From the sequence record MF327009: a stretch of 64,000 nt of DNA. The stretch is one strand, 5' to 3'. The stretch's first letter is position 1. Each line of letters starts with the position of its first letter. A program made the translations under genes and the position numbers. A model generated the notes under the pieces. It was not told the origin of the DNA and searched no databases. It worked only from the letters and a program-made list of their open reading frames with translations. The stretch comes from Shigella phage Sf25. Shown here piece after piece: positions 9,717-20,454 of this stretch.

Positions 9717-10163
9717 TTATAGATTAAATCCTTCAAAATCAAGAGTATAGATAGTATATGTTGAATACTTTTTGTACTCATATCTATCTGCAATTCTAAA
9801 TACACTTCCAGCTGGTATCATTACTTCTTGTTCATCTGAAACTAATTCCATATTACGATAACGATGACTATCCGGAAACTTAAAGTTTGGATTGTATTCT
9901 TTACAGCGTAGAGCTTTTATAGCATACTCCTGGAAATTGAATACCATAGGAGCTTTGAATTCAAAAATAACTTGTGTGTTATACTCTAAAATTTCATTTA
10001 ACCAAGTATGGTCATCTGGTTTATTAGTAATACAATGAATTAAAAGTTCAATTTCAGATAAATTAAACCCTTCAGAAAGTAATTCTTCACGAATAGAAGC
10101 ACGCACCGATGCATCCATTGATTTTATTTTAAAATCTTTTAGTTGCATTACTGAGTATTTCAT
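9717..10163 (-). CDS. ModA-like protein, short (148 aa), ADP-ribosyltransferase-like C-terminal motif only
   Basis: SDEQEVMIPAG resembles the ExE region of the adjacent ModB-like ORF (REQEWMIPIG); R and STS motifs not found. Confidence 0.45.
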   Translation of the reverse strand: MKYSVMQLKDFKIKSMDASVRASIREELLSEGFNLSEIELLIHCITNKPDDHTWLNEILEYNTQVIFEFKAPMVFNFQEYAIKALRCKEYNPNFKFPDSHRYRNMELVSDEQEVMIPAGSVFRIADRYEYKKYSTYTIYTLDFEGFNL

Positions 10164-10783
10164 TCAACTACCTCAATATCATAAACTTTAAATGTTCCAA
10201 ATGAATCGTGTAATTTTTCTTTTGAAATAGAAGTTATTCTATACTTTCCAATTGGAATCATCCATTCTTGTTCACGCACAATCATCATTAAGTTATCAGT
10301 ACGCTCTGAATCTAGCCCATCAGTATCTTCATACGTGTACTTAAACTCAGTATTAGGAGAAGAAAGTATAATATCGCTGATATGGTCAGAATAATTAAAA
10401 GCTTTATCAGTTTTTAAGCGAAATATTATTTCAGTGAAATACTCAACATAAGAAAAACCACATGCTGTGTGCAAACTAGTAGTAAATGAATCTACCCTAT
10501 TCGTTGAAAACACTTCTCCAACTTGTAAATCTTTAATGAGTTCTTTTGTCGATTTTGATATACCACGATATAACTGATAAGGTGATTTAGTTAAATGCTT
10601 TTTAACGATTTTATTCAACTGCCGATGAAGAGCTTCATTCTTTTTAGCTTCCATACATTGCCAAAGAACAGACTGCTCAAAGTCAGTAAATTTTTCACAG
10701 ACTTTTTTATACATATCATATTGAAAATCGACACTTTCAGCTTTTATAGATAACTGTTCAACATCTGCAAGATTAATAATCAT
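10160..10783 (-). CDS. ModB-like ADP-ribosyltransferase (207 aa)
   Basis: R (LYRG), STS-like (FSTNRVDSFTTS) and ExE (REQEW) motifs in canonical order; length as T4 ModB. Confidence 0.5.
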   Translation of the reverse strand: MIINLADVEQLSIKAESVDFQYDMYKKVCEKFTDFEQSVLWQCMEAKKNEALHRQLNKIVKKHLTKSPYQLYRGISKSTKELIKDLQVGEVFSTNRVDSFTTSLHTACGFSYVEYFTEIIFRLKTDKAFNYSDHISDIILSSPNTEFKYTYEDTDGLDSERTDNLMMIVREQEWMIPIGKYRITSISKEKLHDSFGTFKVYDIEVVE

Positions 10784-10810
10784 GATAGCCTCCGTATACT
10801 TCAGAAGCTA

Positions 10811-11226
10811 TCATATCATCGTTAGAAAGGAAAGTAAACAACTTTTTGAATTATTTTGCCCAGGGAGCCCAAGGCGGAGGGTCAAGATGGTATGAAGCTA
10901 GTTCTTCTAGAAGAGCATCTGGGGCTTCAATTCCATAATTCTGTAATACTATACGGTACTCTTTCTTATAATCACTAGAATCATTCTGGTTATTCGTAGA
11001 ATGATTATCTTCTAACATTCATATCATCGTTAGAAAGGAAAGTAAACAACTTTTTGAATTATTTTGCCCAGGGAGCCCAAGGCGGAGGGTCAAGATGGTA
11101 TGAAGCTAGTTCTTCTAGAAGAGCATCTGGGGCTTCAATTCCATAATTCTGTAATACTATACGGTACTCTTTCTTATAATCACTAGAATCATTCTGGTTA
11201 TTCGTAGAATGATTATCTTCTAACAT
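10811..11226. repeat. exact tandem duplication, 2 x 208 bp
   Basis: Unit tcatatcatcgttagaaagg...gattatcttctaacat occurs twice head-to-tail with no mismatch; covers codons 6-60 and 3' flank of the small ORF 11059..11241. Confidence 0.85.
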
Positions 11227-11241
11227 CTCAAATAAATCCAT
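11059..11241 (-). CDS. small hypothetical protein (60 aa); partial second copy downstream
   Basis: ORF track; truncated duplicate (from internal Met) lies in repeat copy at about 10851-11018. Confidence 0.35.
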   Translation of the reverse strand: MDLFEMLEDNHSTNNQNDSSDYKKEYRIVLQNYGIEAPDALLEELASYHLDPPPWAPWAK

Positions 11242-11249
11242 ATTAATTC

Positions 11250-11732
11250 CTAGCGATAAAAACCAAATTGACGATTAGCTTCAATAATCTTTCTTTCTTC
11301 TTCGGACATTCTCCAGCGTAGTCCAACATCAAAATGAGCCCAGACCATCTTAACAAATGCATTTATATCTTTAATATCTTCAATAATGAATGTTTTACTT
11401 TTAGAAGGTTGACCTGCTAAATTAAGTGCTAATTTAACTTTATCGTCTTCAAACAGGGCAAAAAGACCATATTCATGAGCTCTTTTATAGCCTTTAATAG
11501 TTAAAGCTTCAGAAGAAGAAAACGGTGAATCAGTATTCTGTAAAATATCTTCAGTATGCTTTATAATTAGAATAACATTTTCTGGATATTTTCTTTCTTT
11601 TATATCTTTAATTAAAATATCCGGATTTTCTGCTAAAGGAATAATTAATGAGCACTTTTTATCAAGTGTATTTACCGATTTACCTTCTTTAGACATAAAT
11701 TCTATTGAATAATGTTTTGCTACTTCAATCAT
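11250..11732 (-). CDS. hypothetical protein
   Basis: ORF track, 160 aa. Confidence 0.45.
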   Translation of the reverse strand: MIEVAKHYSIEFMSKEGKSVNTLDKKCSLIIPLAENPDILIKDIKERKYPENVILIIKHTEDILQNTDSPFSSSEALTIKGYKRAHEYGLFALFEDDKVKLALNLAGQPSKSKTFIIEDIKDINAFVKMVWAHFDVGLRWRMSEEERKIIEANRQFGFYR

Positions 11733-11885
11733 GTGATTTCCTCTTGCCTACTAATGGGCCGTCAGGAATTTTGTTTTCCTGGATATATTTCTCATTTTCT
11801 TCCATCATTTTACTGCCAATTTTAAGAAGCAAATCCAATGCTTCATTTGCTTTAGCCTTGGCCTCTTCTAGCGTCATATCTCTGT

Positions 11886-12089
11886 TCACGATTTATCCCC
11901 ATAGATGTCTCTCATCAATTTAAGCGCTGAGCGTTCTAATTTCTTTTCTTTCTCAACGCTAATCATTGATTTCATCCATTCTTCTGATTCGTTCTGCATT
12001 TCTTTATTTGCTTGTTCAACCCAACCATCATCAATGTACATTGAGTTTGGTCTATTGAACCATTCAAACATTTTCTTCAGAACTTTCAT
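11886..12089 (-). CDS. hypothetical protein
   Basis: ORF track, 67 aa. Confidence 0.35.
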   Translation of the reverse strand: MKVLKKMFEWFNRPNSMYIDDGWVEQANKEMQNESEEWMKSMISVEKEKKLERSALKLMRDIYGDKS

Positions 12090-12582
12090 TTGTTTTACCT
12101 AAAACAACAGTAGGAGCATCATCAAATTCATGAATTTTTAGCAAATTTGGATGTAAACTATTCCATACAGAAGAAATAAAGTATGATAAAGCATCTTCAC
12201 TCACAATTATAAATTTATTTCCTTTATCTATTTTCCAACTATATACTGAATCATACGAATAGAAAGATAAAGGTTTATCATTATAATGTTCTGTGCTAAC
12301 ATTAATGTATTCAGATTTAGTAAATGCTTCAATTGCTCTAAACGGAATATTTGGTACAGTTTCAATAATACCAATCTTTTTAAGTTTTATTTCAGCATCT
12401 TCTGGAACTGGCATTGAAACAAAATTTTCTACGAGATACATTGGGTCACAATAACCCTTATCAATCATTACTGCTACGGTAATTGGAACGTCTTTAGCAA
12501 ACGACATGCTATTACTGCTAATATACATTTCAAACAAAATCGCTTCCATATTTTTCCTCAATCGCAAGATGTAGATGAACAA
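12064..12582 (-). CDS. hypothetical protein
   Basis: ORF track, 172 aa. Confidence 0.45.
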   Translation of the reverse strand: MFIYILRLRKNMEAILFEMYISSNSMSFAKDVPITVAVMIDKGYCDPMYLVENFVSMPVPEDAEIKLKKIGIIETVPNIPFRAIEAFTKSEYINVSTEHYNDKPLSFYSYDSVYSWKIDKGNKFIIVSEDALSYFISSVWNSLHPNLLKIHEFDDAPTVVLGKTNESSEENV

Positions 12583-12899
12583 CTAGAATCGCAAGAACTT
12601 CCACACGAATCGCCCGTCCATACATGAACAGGAACATTAGTGTCATATGAATCAGAACTAGACTGTGTATTCTGCGTATTAGATGATGTAGTAGGTGTTG
12701 ACCAGCGCCAAGGATTTTTATAATATTCTTGGGCTTCTTCATAAGTCATAGTAACTGCTTCTACTGTTCCATCTCCCATATAAACATATTCAACTACAGT
12801 TAAAGGAAGGTAGTCATTTGAAATAGGAACTACACCTTCCCCAGGAGTCGTAGAGAAAAAATCCGTAAAGAAACTTTTAAACCAATTAAAGATAAACAT
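12558..12899 (-). CDS. hypothetical protein with Cys/Ser-rich C-terminal tail
   Basis: C-terminus [18 protein letters not shown]. Confidence 0.4.
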   Translation of the reverse strand: MFIFNWFKSFFTDFFSTTPGEGVVPISNDYLPLTVVEYVYMGDGTVEAVTMTYEEAQEYYKNPWRWSTPTTSSNTQNTQSSSDSYDTNVPVHVWTGDSCGSSCDSSCSSTSCD

Positions 12900-13105
12900 T
12901 ACAAAAAGCCTCTTTTGAATTCAACTTGTTTATCGCCATAATCATATCGAATCTCTGCATTAAATTCAACAGAACCATCTGCGTACATCATAAATGAATG
13001 CACAACAACTTCTGTGGACCATGGCTGTAGTTCATATTTCTTCATTACATGTCGTGAAATGATAATATCTAAATCTTCATTTGGTTTAATCCAGCGATTT
13101 AACAT
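12899..13105 (-). CDS. hypothetical protein
   Basis: ORF track, 68 aa. Confidence 0.35.
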   Translation of the reverse strand: MLNRWIKPNEDLDIIISRHVMKKYELQPWSTEVVVHSFMMYADGSVEFNAEIRYDYGDKQVEFKRGFL

Positions 13106-13171
13106 AGTGCTCTCCTCTATAAGATAATTCTATTATACCATACTCATTTTGGAAAGTAAACCATTTAAATG

Positions 13172-13197
13172 AAAAAAGGACTCCCGAAGGAGTCCTT
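13172..13197 (-). terminator. intrinsic terminator after soc
   Basis: Minus-strand hairpin GGACTCC-TTCG-GGAGTCC followed by TTTTTT. Confidence 0.7.
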
Positions 13198-13201
13198 GAA
13201 T

Positions 13202-13447
13202 TTATTCACCAGTTACTTTCCACAAATCTTCATTTGCAGCAATCCATTCAGTACGTTGATTTTCTTCATATACTGTAGAATATGCTGCTTTTTCTGAAGG
13301 GAATATCTGGTAATGAGCGCCAGAAATTTTATGAACGTCAGAATAAAGAGGGAAAGCTACAGAAATTTCCTTTCCTTCAATTTTCTTATTTCCATCTAAT
13401 TTTTGCTCAAATGTTTTAATATTAACATAACCGCGAGTACTAGCCAT
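13202..13447 (-). CDS. soc: small outer capsid protein Soc
   Basis: 81-codon ORF MASTRGYVNIKTFEQKLDGNKKIEG..., near-identical to T4 Soc as recalled. Confidence 0.9.
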   Translation of the reverse strand: MASTRGYVNIKTFEQKLDGNKKIEGKEISVAFPLYSDVHKISGAHYQIFPSEKAAYSTVYEENQRTEWIAANEDLWKVTGE

Positions 13448-13530
13448 GTAATTCTCCTTTTATTTAAATTACATGATTATTTATAATAAATTCTCGCGGC
13501 TTTTAAGTCGTCGTTTATTTAAATGAGCTA

Positions 13531-14308
13531 TTAATAGCCTCGATCTTGACGAGCGAAGTTTTCAGCATTTTTCAGATAATAAAGTTTAAAGATTTCCTCA
13601 GCTGACATTCCAAGAGCAATGAATTTATTCATGAAAAAGTGAAATTGGTCAATCAGTTCAAATTTAATTTCAAGCTGATCTTCAGGAGATAAGTCTTGAA
13701 TTTTCTTGGATTGCATTTCAGAATAACGTTTCTTCCAAGGTTTCCATACAGCAGAAGCTTCTTTTTCACCATTACTCATACCACCAAGAGAAGTATATAG
13801 CTCGCGAGTTTCATCTGCGATATAATCGTCTTGGTTTCGCAACCAAGCAAGAACTTCTCCTGCAGTTTCAAGTGAATCAGGATGACGATTTGTTTCTGGT
13901 TTATCATTAGCCAAACGAATCTGTAAATGCCGCTGCATGTCAAATTTTCTTGGATTGCATTTCAGAATAACGTTTCTTCCAAGGTTTCCATACAGCAGAA
14001 GCTTCTTTTTCACCATTACTCATACCACCAAGAGAAGTATATAGCTCGCGAGTTTCATCTGCGATATAATCGTCTTGGTTTCGCAACCAAGCAAGAACTT
14101 CTCCTGCAGTTTCAAGTGAATCAGGATGACGATTTGTTTCTGGTTTATCATTAGCCAAACGAATCTGTAAATGCCGCTGCATGTCAAGCATAACCTGCAA
14201 TGGGTCAATACTGTGCATAATATACTCAGCATATGCACGATTTGCTTTATCAACACCTTCGATCAAATGAGCACATTCATTAAAGTGAGCCATTATTTTT
14301 CCTTTCAA
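13531..14308 (-). pseudogene. 56: dCTP pyrophosphatase gene 56 (MazG-like) disrupted by a 244-bp tandem duplication
   Basis: Two overlapping ORFs (13940..14308 and 13531..14016) share an identical 81-aa block; removing one repeat unit restores one ORF of about 171 aa at the gene 56 position between soc and dam. Confidence 0.7.
13699..14186. repeat. exact tandem duplication, 2 x 244 bp, inside gene 56
   Basis: Head-to-tail identical copies; unit length not a multiple of 3. Confidence 0.85.
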
Positions 14309-14353
14309 TTCATTAATAAGTTAAATAATTATATCATTTGAGTATGTAAGCAA

Positions 14354-15693
<1,340 letters not shown>

Positions 15694-15714
15694 TATATCA
15701 TCCTCAGCAATTTG

Positions 15715-15748
15715 TTTTATAATACCATAACAAGCTGAGAAAGTAAAC
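15715..15748 (-). promoter_or_regulatory. early-promoter-like site (GTTTAC -35, TGGTATTATAA -10) for the nuclease-like gene
   Basis: Minus strand reads GTTTAC-N17-TGGTATTATAA. Confidence 0.45.
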
Positions 15749-15786
15749 AAATTTATGATAAATATTAATTTAAAGGAGGACGACGC

Positions 15787-15987
15787 ATGGTACAAAAATT
15801 AATGGCACTTGTTAATGCCATCAAAGGTAATAAAAAACGTATAGCTTTTACTATTTCTGCTATGGTAGGAATTTTACTCTGGAACTTTATTTTATCACCT
15901 GTTGCAATTGCACATGGTATTAATATTCCAGTAGTTACTCTTGATACATTCGTAGATTTAGCATTTGCTTTAGTTGGGTTAATTTAA
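15787..15987 (+). CDS. small hydrophobic (two predicted TM) protein on the opposite strand
   Basis: Strong SD AAAGGAGGA 6 nt before ATG; fills the otherwise empty 290-bp gap between gene 61 and the nuclease-like gene. Confidence 0.3.
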   Translation: MVQKLMALVNAIKGNKKRIAFTISAMVGILLWNFILSPVAIAHGINIPVVTLDTFVDLAFALVGLI

Positions 15988-17012
15988 ATCTTAGCATATT
16001 TAGATAACCTCATTTTAGCCATCAACCCCTGGGCAATATTATTTTTCATATATTCCATAATTTGTTCAGGGGTTGCACCTTCCTTTCTAATCATATCATT
16101 AACATCTTTTGATTTCCAGGGAGATTTATCCCAAAACATAACTCTTTCTCCTGCATCAACTAATTTAGTCATTCGTTTGATAGTGTCAGGGTGACGAGGT
16201 TCATTATCTAAAACCCACACTCGTCTATCTTTAAATGGAACAACTTCTAGGTCTAATTGACCACCCGTAATAGCTATACCATTTTCAATAAAAAGTGAAT
16301 CTATAGGTCCTTCTAGAACATATACATCACCATCTTTAACTCGTTCAACACCGTAAATTTTTGTTGCCTCAGGATAAGCTTTGATGGTGATATACTTTTG
16401 TGGAGCATCTTTCTTTAATGCACGACCTTGAAAAGACTCAGCTTTTCCGTTAGCATTATAAATTGGAATAACAAGACGAGGCTCAGAAATTTCCTTTTTG
16501 TATGTTCCCGGTGCTATGCTATTAACTAATTTAGGCCATTCGGTTGTAAACCAAAGATATTTCCATTTATCCTTTGGAATACAACGAGCTTTTACATATT
16601 TTATAATTGGATGGTCTTCCGCCAGTTTATCTAATCTAACGCATGACGGAAGAGATTTAATTATTTTCTTCTCAGGCTGTTTAGGAAGTTCTTTAGGTTT
16701 TTCTACTGGACGACTTTTACCTTTTTCTTTTCTTATTTCAAAGATATACTCACGATATAAATCAGGTTCAAACTCCTTTAAATATATTCCGATTGGTGCA
16801 TGATAGTTACAGTTATAACAATGAATATTTCCTTCATTATTATCACCATAATACCATCCACGGGCTTTATTTTGGTCGGTTTTTGAATCTCCACAAACAG
16901 GGCATCTAAACCGCAACTTAAAGGTTGAACTATTATTTACTTGTGTAAATTTAGGTAAATGAGCTAATGCACGGTATGCAAACTCATTATCAATCCAAGG
17001 TATTGATGACAT
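15984..17012 (-). CDS. 61: DNA primase gp61, 342 aa
   Basis: N-terminal zinc ribbon CPVCGDSKTD...CYNCNYH, toprim-type primase; T4 gp61 length. Confidence 0.9.
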   Translation of the reverse strand: MSSIPWIDNEFAYRALAHLPKFTQVNNSSTFKLRFRCPVCGDSKTDQNKARGWYYGDNNEGNIHCYNCNYHAPIGIYLKEFEPDLYREYIFEIRKEKGKSRPVEKPKELPKQPEKKIIKSLPSCVRLDKLAEDHPIIKYVKARCIPKDKWKYLWFTTEWPKLVNSIAPGTYKKEISEPRLVIPIYNANGKAESFQGRALKKDAPQKYITIKAYPEATKIYGVERVKDGDVYVLEGPIDSLFIENGIAITGGQLDLEVVPFKDRRVWVLDNEPRHPDTIKRMTKLVDAGERVMFWDKSPWKSKDVNDMIRKEGATPEQIMEYMKNNIAQGLMAKMRLSKYAKI

Positions 17013-17014
17013 TT

Positions 17015-17179
17015 TTACTCTTCTTTTTCTTTAGATTCCTCTTTCTTCTTTTTAGGAATCTGTTCAGGACCTTTATTTACTACAGCACCTGACGTTGTTC
17101 CAGTAGAGATATTTTCAGGATTACCACCTGAATCTCCAGCGACCATATCTTCTTTAATAAATTCTTTATATGTTTTCAT
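17015..17179 (-). CDS. small protein (54 aa) with capsid-targeting-sequence-like N-terminus, 61.1 position
   Basis: Own translation MKTYKEFIKEDMVAGDSGGNPENISTG...; resembles the MKTYQEFIAE leader of internal proteins. Confidence 0.4.
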   Translation of the reverse strand: MKTYKEFIKEDMVAGDSGGNPENISTGTTSGAVVNKGPEQIPKKKKEESKEKEE

Positions 17180-17180
17180 A

Positions 17181-17807
17181 TTAACCTCTATTCATAAAAG
17201 CATTAAAAATTTGGTCATCAATAGAAACATTTACTTTAGACTGTTTTTCTGATGGTAATTCATATCCACATATCACAATTTTATGATCAATATCAAAATA
17301 CACAGAAGCAATATGATTAATGATATTTTCAGTGAAGTCTAAATCGACATCAATATCTTTTTGACCAAAGCCCAAAGGATAAATAATGCGAGTAATTCGA
17401 TTATCTTTAACAAAGATTCCACCGACATACTCTGTACTGCGTTTAAAGTCTACACGCCGACGAAATGAAAAATATTCAGGCTCTTTATGAGCTCGGCTCA
17501 TAGGACACAACGAATAACTAGAATAAGAGATGTCAAATCCTACGCCTTCAATATGAGCCAAAGTGTCATGATTAAACCAATTATAATCGTACGCCAAATC
17601 CATTAGATTATAATATGTAAAAGGCACCGGATTAACATCATTAGTCACAAGCATGTAATTAGCAACTGCTATAATTTCATTGTTTTTAACGAATACAAAC
17701 CGTGATTGATGCGAATGACCTGGACCCGCGTTTTCACGATTAATGATATAACACTGGGCACCTTTATATTTGTATGTATCTTTGCACTTGTGCATTTGAT
17801 AGAGCAT
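17181..17807 (-). CDS. hypothetical protein, 61.2 position
   Basis: 208 aa ORF at the position of T4 61.2. Confidence 0.5.
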   Translation of the reverse strand: MLYQMHKCKDTYKYKGAQCYIINRENAGPGHSHQSRFVFVKNNEIIAVANYMLVTNDVNPVPFTYYNLMDLAYDYNWFNHDTLAHIEGVGFDISYSSYSLCPMSRAHKEPEYFSFRRRVDFKRSTEYVGGIFVKDNRITRIIYPLGFGQKDIDVDLDFTENIINHIASVYFDIDHKIVICGYELPSEKQSKVNVSIDDQIFNAFMNRG

Positions 17808-18100
17808 TATTCACCTACCACTTCAGCGATGATATTTTTGTTATTAAAGTTTTTATCGCAATACAGAACATAATTATACTGCATTACACCACCAGACTTA
17901 AGCTGTTTTTGCACTTCAGCTTTCATTTCAGGACGATCGCGCTCAACAATATTCATAATATCCGCTTCAATTTGAGTTTCAACCTCAGTCTGATCAGCAG
18001 TCATAGACCATTCGCACAAATCTTTATCATAACCTGCCATAGCAGGCTGAGCAGCACAAGAAGCTAAAGCAAAAATTGTAGCAAAGATAAATTTTTTCAT
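17807..18100 (-). CDS. sp: periplasmic protein, spackle (sp) position
   Basis: 97 aa with N-terminal signal peptide (MKKFIFATIFALASCAAQPAMA); size and position match T4 Sp. Confidence 0.6.
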   Translation of the reverse strand: MKKFIFATIFALASCAAQPAMAGYDKDLCEWSMTADQTEVETQIEADIMNIVERDRPEMKAEVQKQLKSGGVMQYNYVLYCDKNFNNKNIIAEVVGE

Positions 18101-18160
18101 GATAATCTCCTCAGTAGTTTATGTTTATATAGTATCTCAATTTCCAACAAAAGTAAACAG

Positions 18161-18460
18161 TTATTTTAAAACTTCTGTGTAATCACATGTTACAAACTGT
18201 TTCTCTAGCTTGACGATTTTACGAAAGTATCTTTTACATTGACGAATCTGTCGCTTAGTAGGGCGCACAGCAAACTTAATAAATTCCACTCGACCAAATG
18301 GAGGGCTTTCTTCTGATGGAATATCTAACACCAATTCCCATGTATCTGCAATAAGTGCTTTGAATTGAGTATTTTTCCTAACGTTATACGGAGTAGGTTT
18401 AAATAAAACAATATGCATATTATCCTCGGCAATCCACTTCACATACTTTCTTGTCATCAA
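18161..18460 (-). CDS. hypothetical protein, 61.4 region
   Basis: ORF track; N-terminal part overlaps dmd and may be shorter. Confidence 0.4.
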   Translation of the reverse strand: MMTRKYVKWIAEDNMHIVLFKPTPYNVRKNTQFKALIADTWELVLDIPSEESPPFGRVEFIKFAVRPTKRQIRQCKRYFRKIVKLEKQFVTCDYTEVLK

Positions 18461-18602
18461 TGAAAGCTTTAACTAATGCTTTATTAACTTCAGCATACTG
18501 AGTAGTAGCCCATTGAACGTCATCTTTCATCATTGTGGTTTCTTTAGTAAACATGCTTTCATTCTTAAACCACCCCATAAAAACTACCTTTACCAATTCC
18601 AT
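18420..18602 (-). CDS. dmd: Dmd antitoxin-like protein (60 aa)
   Basis: 60-aa ORF MELVKVVFMGWFKNESMF... immediately downstream of gene 41, as T4 dmd (61.5). Confidence 0.75.
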   Translation of the reverse strand: MELVKVVFMGWFKNESMFTKETTMMKDDVQWATTQYAEVNKALVKAFIDDKKVCEVDCRG

Positions 18603-18629
18603 AACAATCTCCTCATTTAACCAACAAGA

Positions 18630-18661
18630 TTACTATACCATAGTCTTGTCAGCTTGTAAAC
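18630..18661 (-). promoter_or_regulatory. early-promoter-like site upstream of dmd
   Basis: Minus strand reads GTTTAC-N17-GTATAGTAAT. Confidence 0.45.
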
Positions 18662-20088
18662 TAAAATTTTAATTCATTTGCCAAAGCATCTAACTGAGCT
18701 CGAGTAGATTCATTTCTTTGATAGCGATTCTGCTCAGCCTGAATCTGTTGTGAACCTGCTACTTCGTTCACTTCAGTTGGAGTAGAATCTTGTTCAATTT
18801 CTACCCATTTCTGATTTCCTTTTTGAACACCCATCAAAAACTTATTCCATTTATTCTTATCGCCATATCGTGATTTGATTTGCTTAATGAGTTGTTGTTC
18901 AGCAGCTGCTAGCTCCTCGGTTTCAATGACCGCAAGCATAAAATCAGCTGTTGCTGGAAGACCAGCAGATTCTGCAATATCGCTCATGTTAACATCGGAA
19001 GAGTCCCAAGCTTGTTTACCAACCTGCGCTGCGGTCCAAAGAACAGTTTCGGTTTCAACAGCAAGAGCACGCAATTCCTCTGCAATAGCTTTAACAGTTG
19101 TGTAACTATTTTCTGAATAAACTCTAATGCGGCAAGATTTACAAATACCTAGATAGTCGACAATAATGATTGTTGGAACAAAATTCTTCTTGAGCTTCAA
19201 TTCATTCAAGAGAGACCTGAATGTATTAGCGTCTGCTCCACCAGTAGGATATTGCTTAACGATTAAACGACCGAGAGTAGATTTCTCACGCCATTTTTCC
19301 ATTTTTCCTTTATATTCGGCGTAAGAAATATGTCCATCATCAATATCGTCAAGAGAAACATCGAGCATGTTAGCATCAATACGTTTAGCACAGACTTCTT
19401 CTGCCATTTCCATGGAGATATAAAGAACGTTATGACCAAGCTGCAAATAATCTGCTGCTAATGAGCAAAGTCCTAATGATTTACCAACGTTAACGCCAGC
19501 CATTAAAACGTTCAGTGTTCCTGTTTCAGCTCCGCCTTTTGTAATTTTATTCAAAATACGAAGTTTAAATGGAACCTTACGAGCTTTATTCATATAAGAT
19601 AGCCAGCGTGCTTCGTAGTCATCCATCCAATCATGACCAACGTAGCTATCAAATGAAATTGATAATGCTTGGCGCATGATGTCAGGAATAGCACCTACAT
19701 CTGGCATTTTCTTATTTCGTTTTTCCGGAGGAAGCTCAGCATTAGTTTGAATTTCGATTATTTTAGACGTAGCATTAAACATCGCCCTTTGCTGAACATA
19801 TTTTTCTGTTTCTTTTACTAACCAACTATGGTCTTCCGGAGAATCAGCTAGTTTTGAAATAAGTGTTTTTACACCAGAATATTCTGTTTCAGTAAATGAA
19901 CTATTTTCTAATGCAACATTTAACGCATTAATAGATGGAACGCTATGATACTCATTAACATGAGATTTAATTAATTTGAATGTATTTTTAGCTGGACCAC
20001 TTTCAAAATATTCTGAATCCATATATGGCCAAACTTTTGAAAAATAAGCTTGATCAAATATGAGATGAGAAAGAATAATTTCTACCAC
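18661..20088 (-). CDS. 41: replicative DNA helicase gp41 (DnaB-like), 475 aa
   Basis: RecA-like core with Walker A AGVNVGKS; T4 gp41 length and position. Confidence 0.9.
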   Translation of the reverse strand: MVEIILSHLIFDQAYFSKVWPYMDSEYFESGPAKNTFKLIKSHVNEYHSVPSINALNVALENSSFTETEYSGVKTLISKLADSPEDHSWLVKETEKYVQQRAMFNATSKIIEIQTNAELPPEKRNKKMPDVGAIPDIMRQALSISFDSYVGHDWMDDYEARWLSYMNKARKVPFKLRILNKITKGGAETGTLNVLMAGVNVGKSLGLCSLAADYLQLGHNVLYISMEMAEEVCAKRIDANMLDVSLDDIDDGHISYAEYKGKMEKWREKSTLGRLIVKQYPTGGADANTFRSLLNELKLKKNFVPTIIIVDYLGICKSCRIRVYSENSYTTVKAIAEELRALAVETETVLWTAAQVGKQAWDSSDVNMSDIAESAGLPATADFMLAVIETEELAAAEQQLIKQIKSRYGDKNKWNKFLMGVQKGNQKWVEIEQDSTPTEVNEVAGSQQIQAEQNRYQRNESTRAQLDALANELKF

Positions 20089-20097
20089 ACTTACTCC

Positions 20098-20454
20098 TTA
20101 AAAGAATTTAAATTTTTTCTTTGACCTTTTATTAAATGCATCTTGCAGTTGCATTGTAATACATTTTTCTACATGAGGAGCTAACTCAGCTTTTCTTTCT
20201 TGGTCAAGAACAGCAAAGTCCATTACAACCTTTCCATCAACCCAATCCAGTTTAGTTACATACACTATATGTGTAGAACCATCTTCTAGTTTAATGACAA
20301 TCTCCTGGATAACATTTTCCATAGCGGATTTAATTATCTTAAGAGACTCATTAAAAAGACGTTCTTTTCTTTCTTTTTCCCCCTCCGAAGAGGGGGATTC
20401 ATCGATAATTTCTAAATCTAAATCATCTTTACTCATTAAATTCTTCCATATCAC
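20098..20454 (-). CDS. 40: gp40-position protein
   Basis: Position between uvsX and 41; acidic N-terminus; contains a strong GC hairpin. Confidence 0.5.
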   Translation of the reverse strand: MIWKNLMSKDDLDLEIIDESPSSEGEKERKERLFNESLKIIKSAMENVIQEIVIKLEDGSTHIVYVTKLDWVDGKVVMDFAVLDQERKAELAPHVEKCITMQLQDAFNKRSKKKFKFF

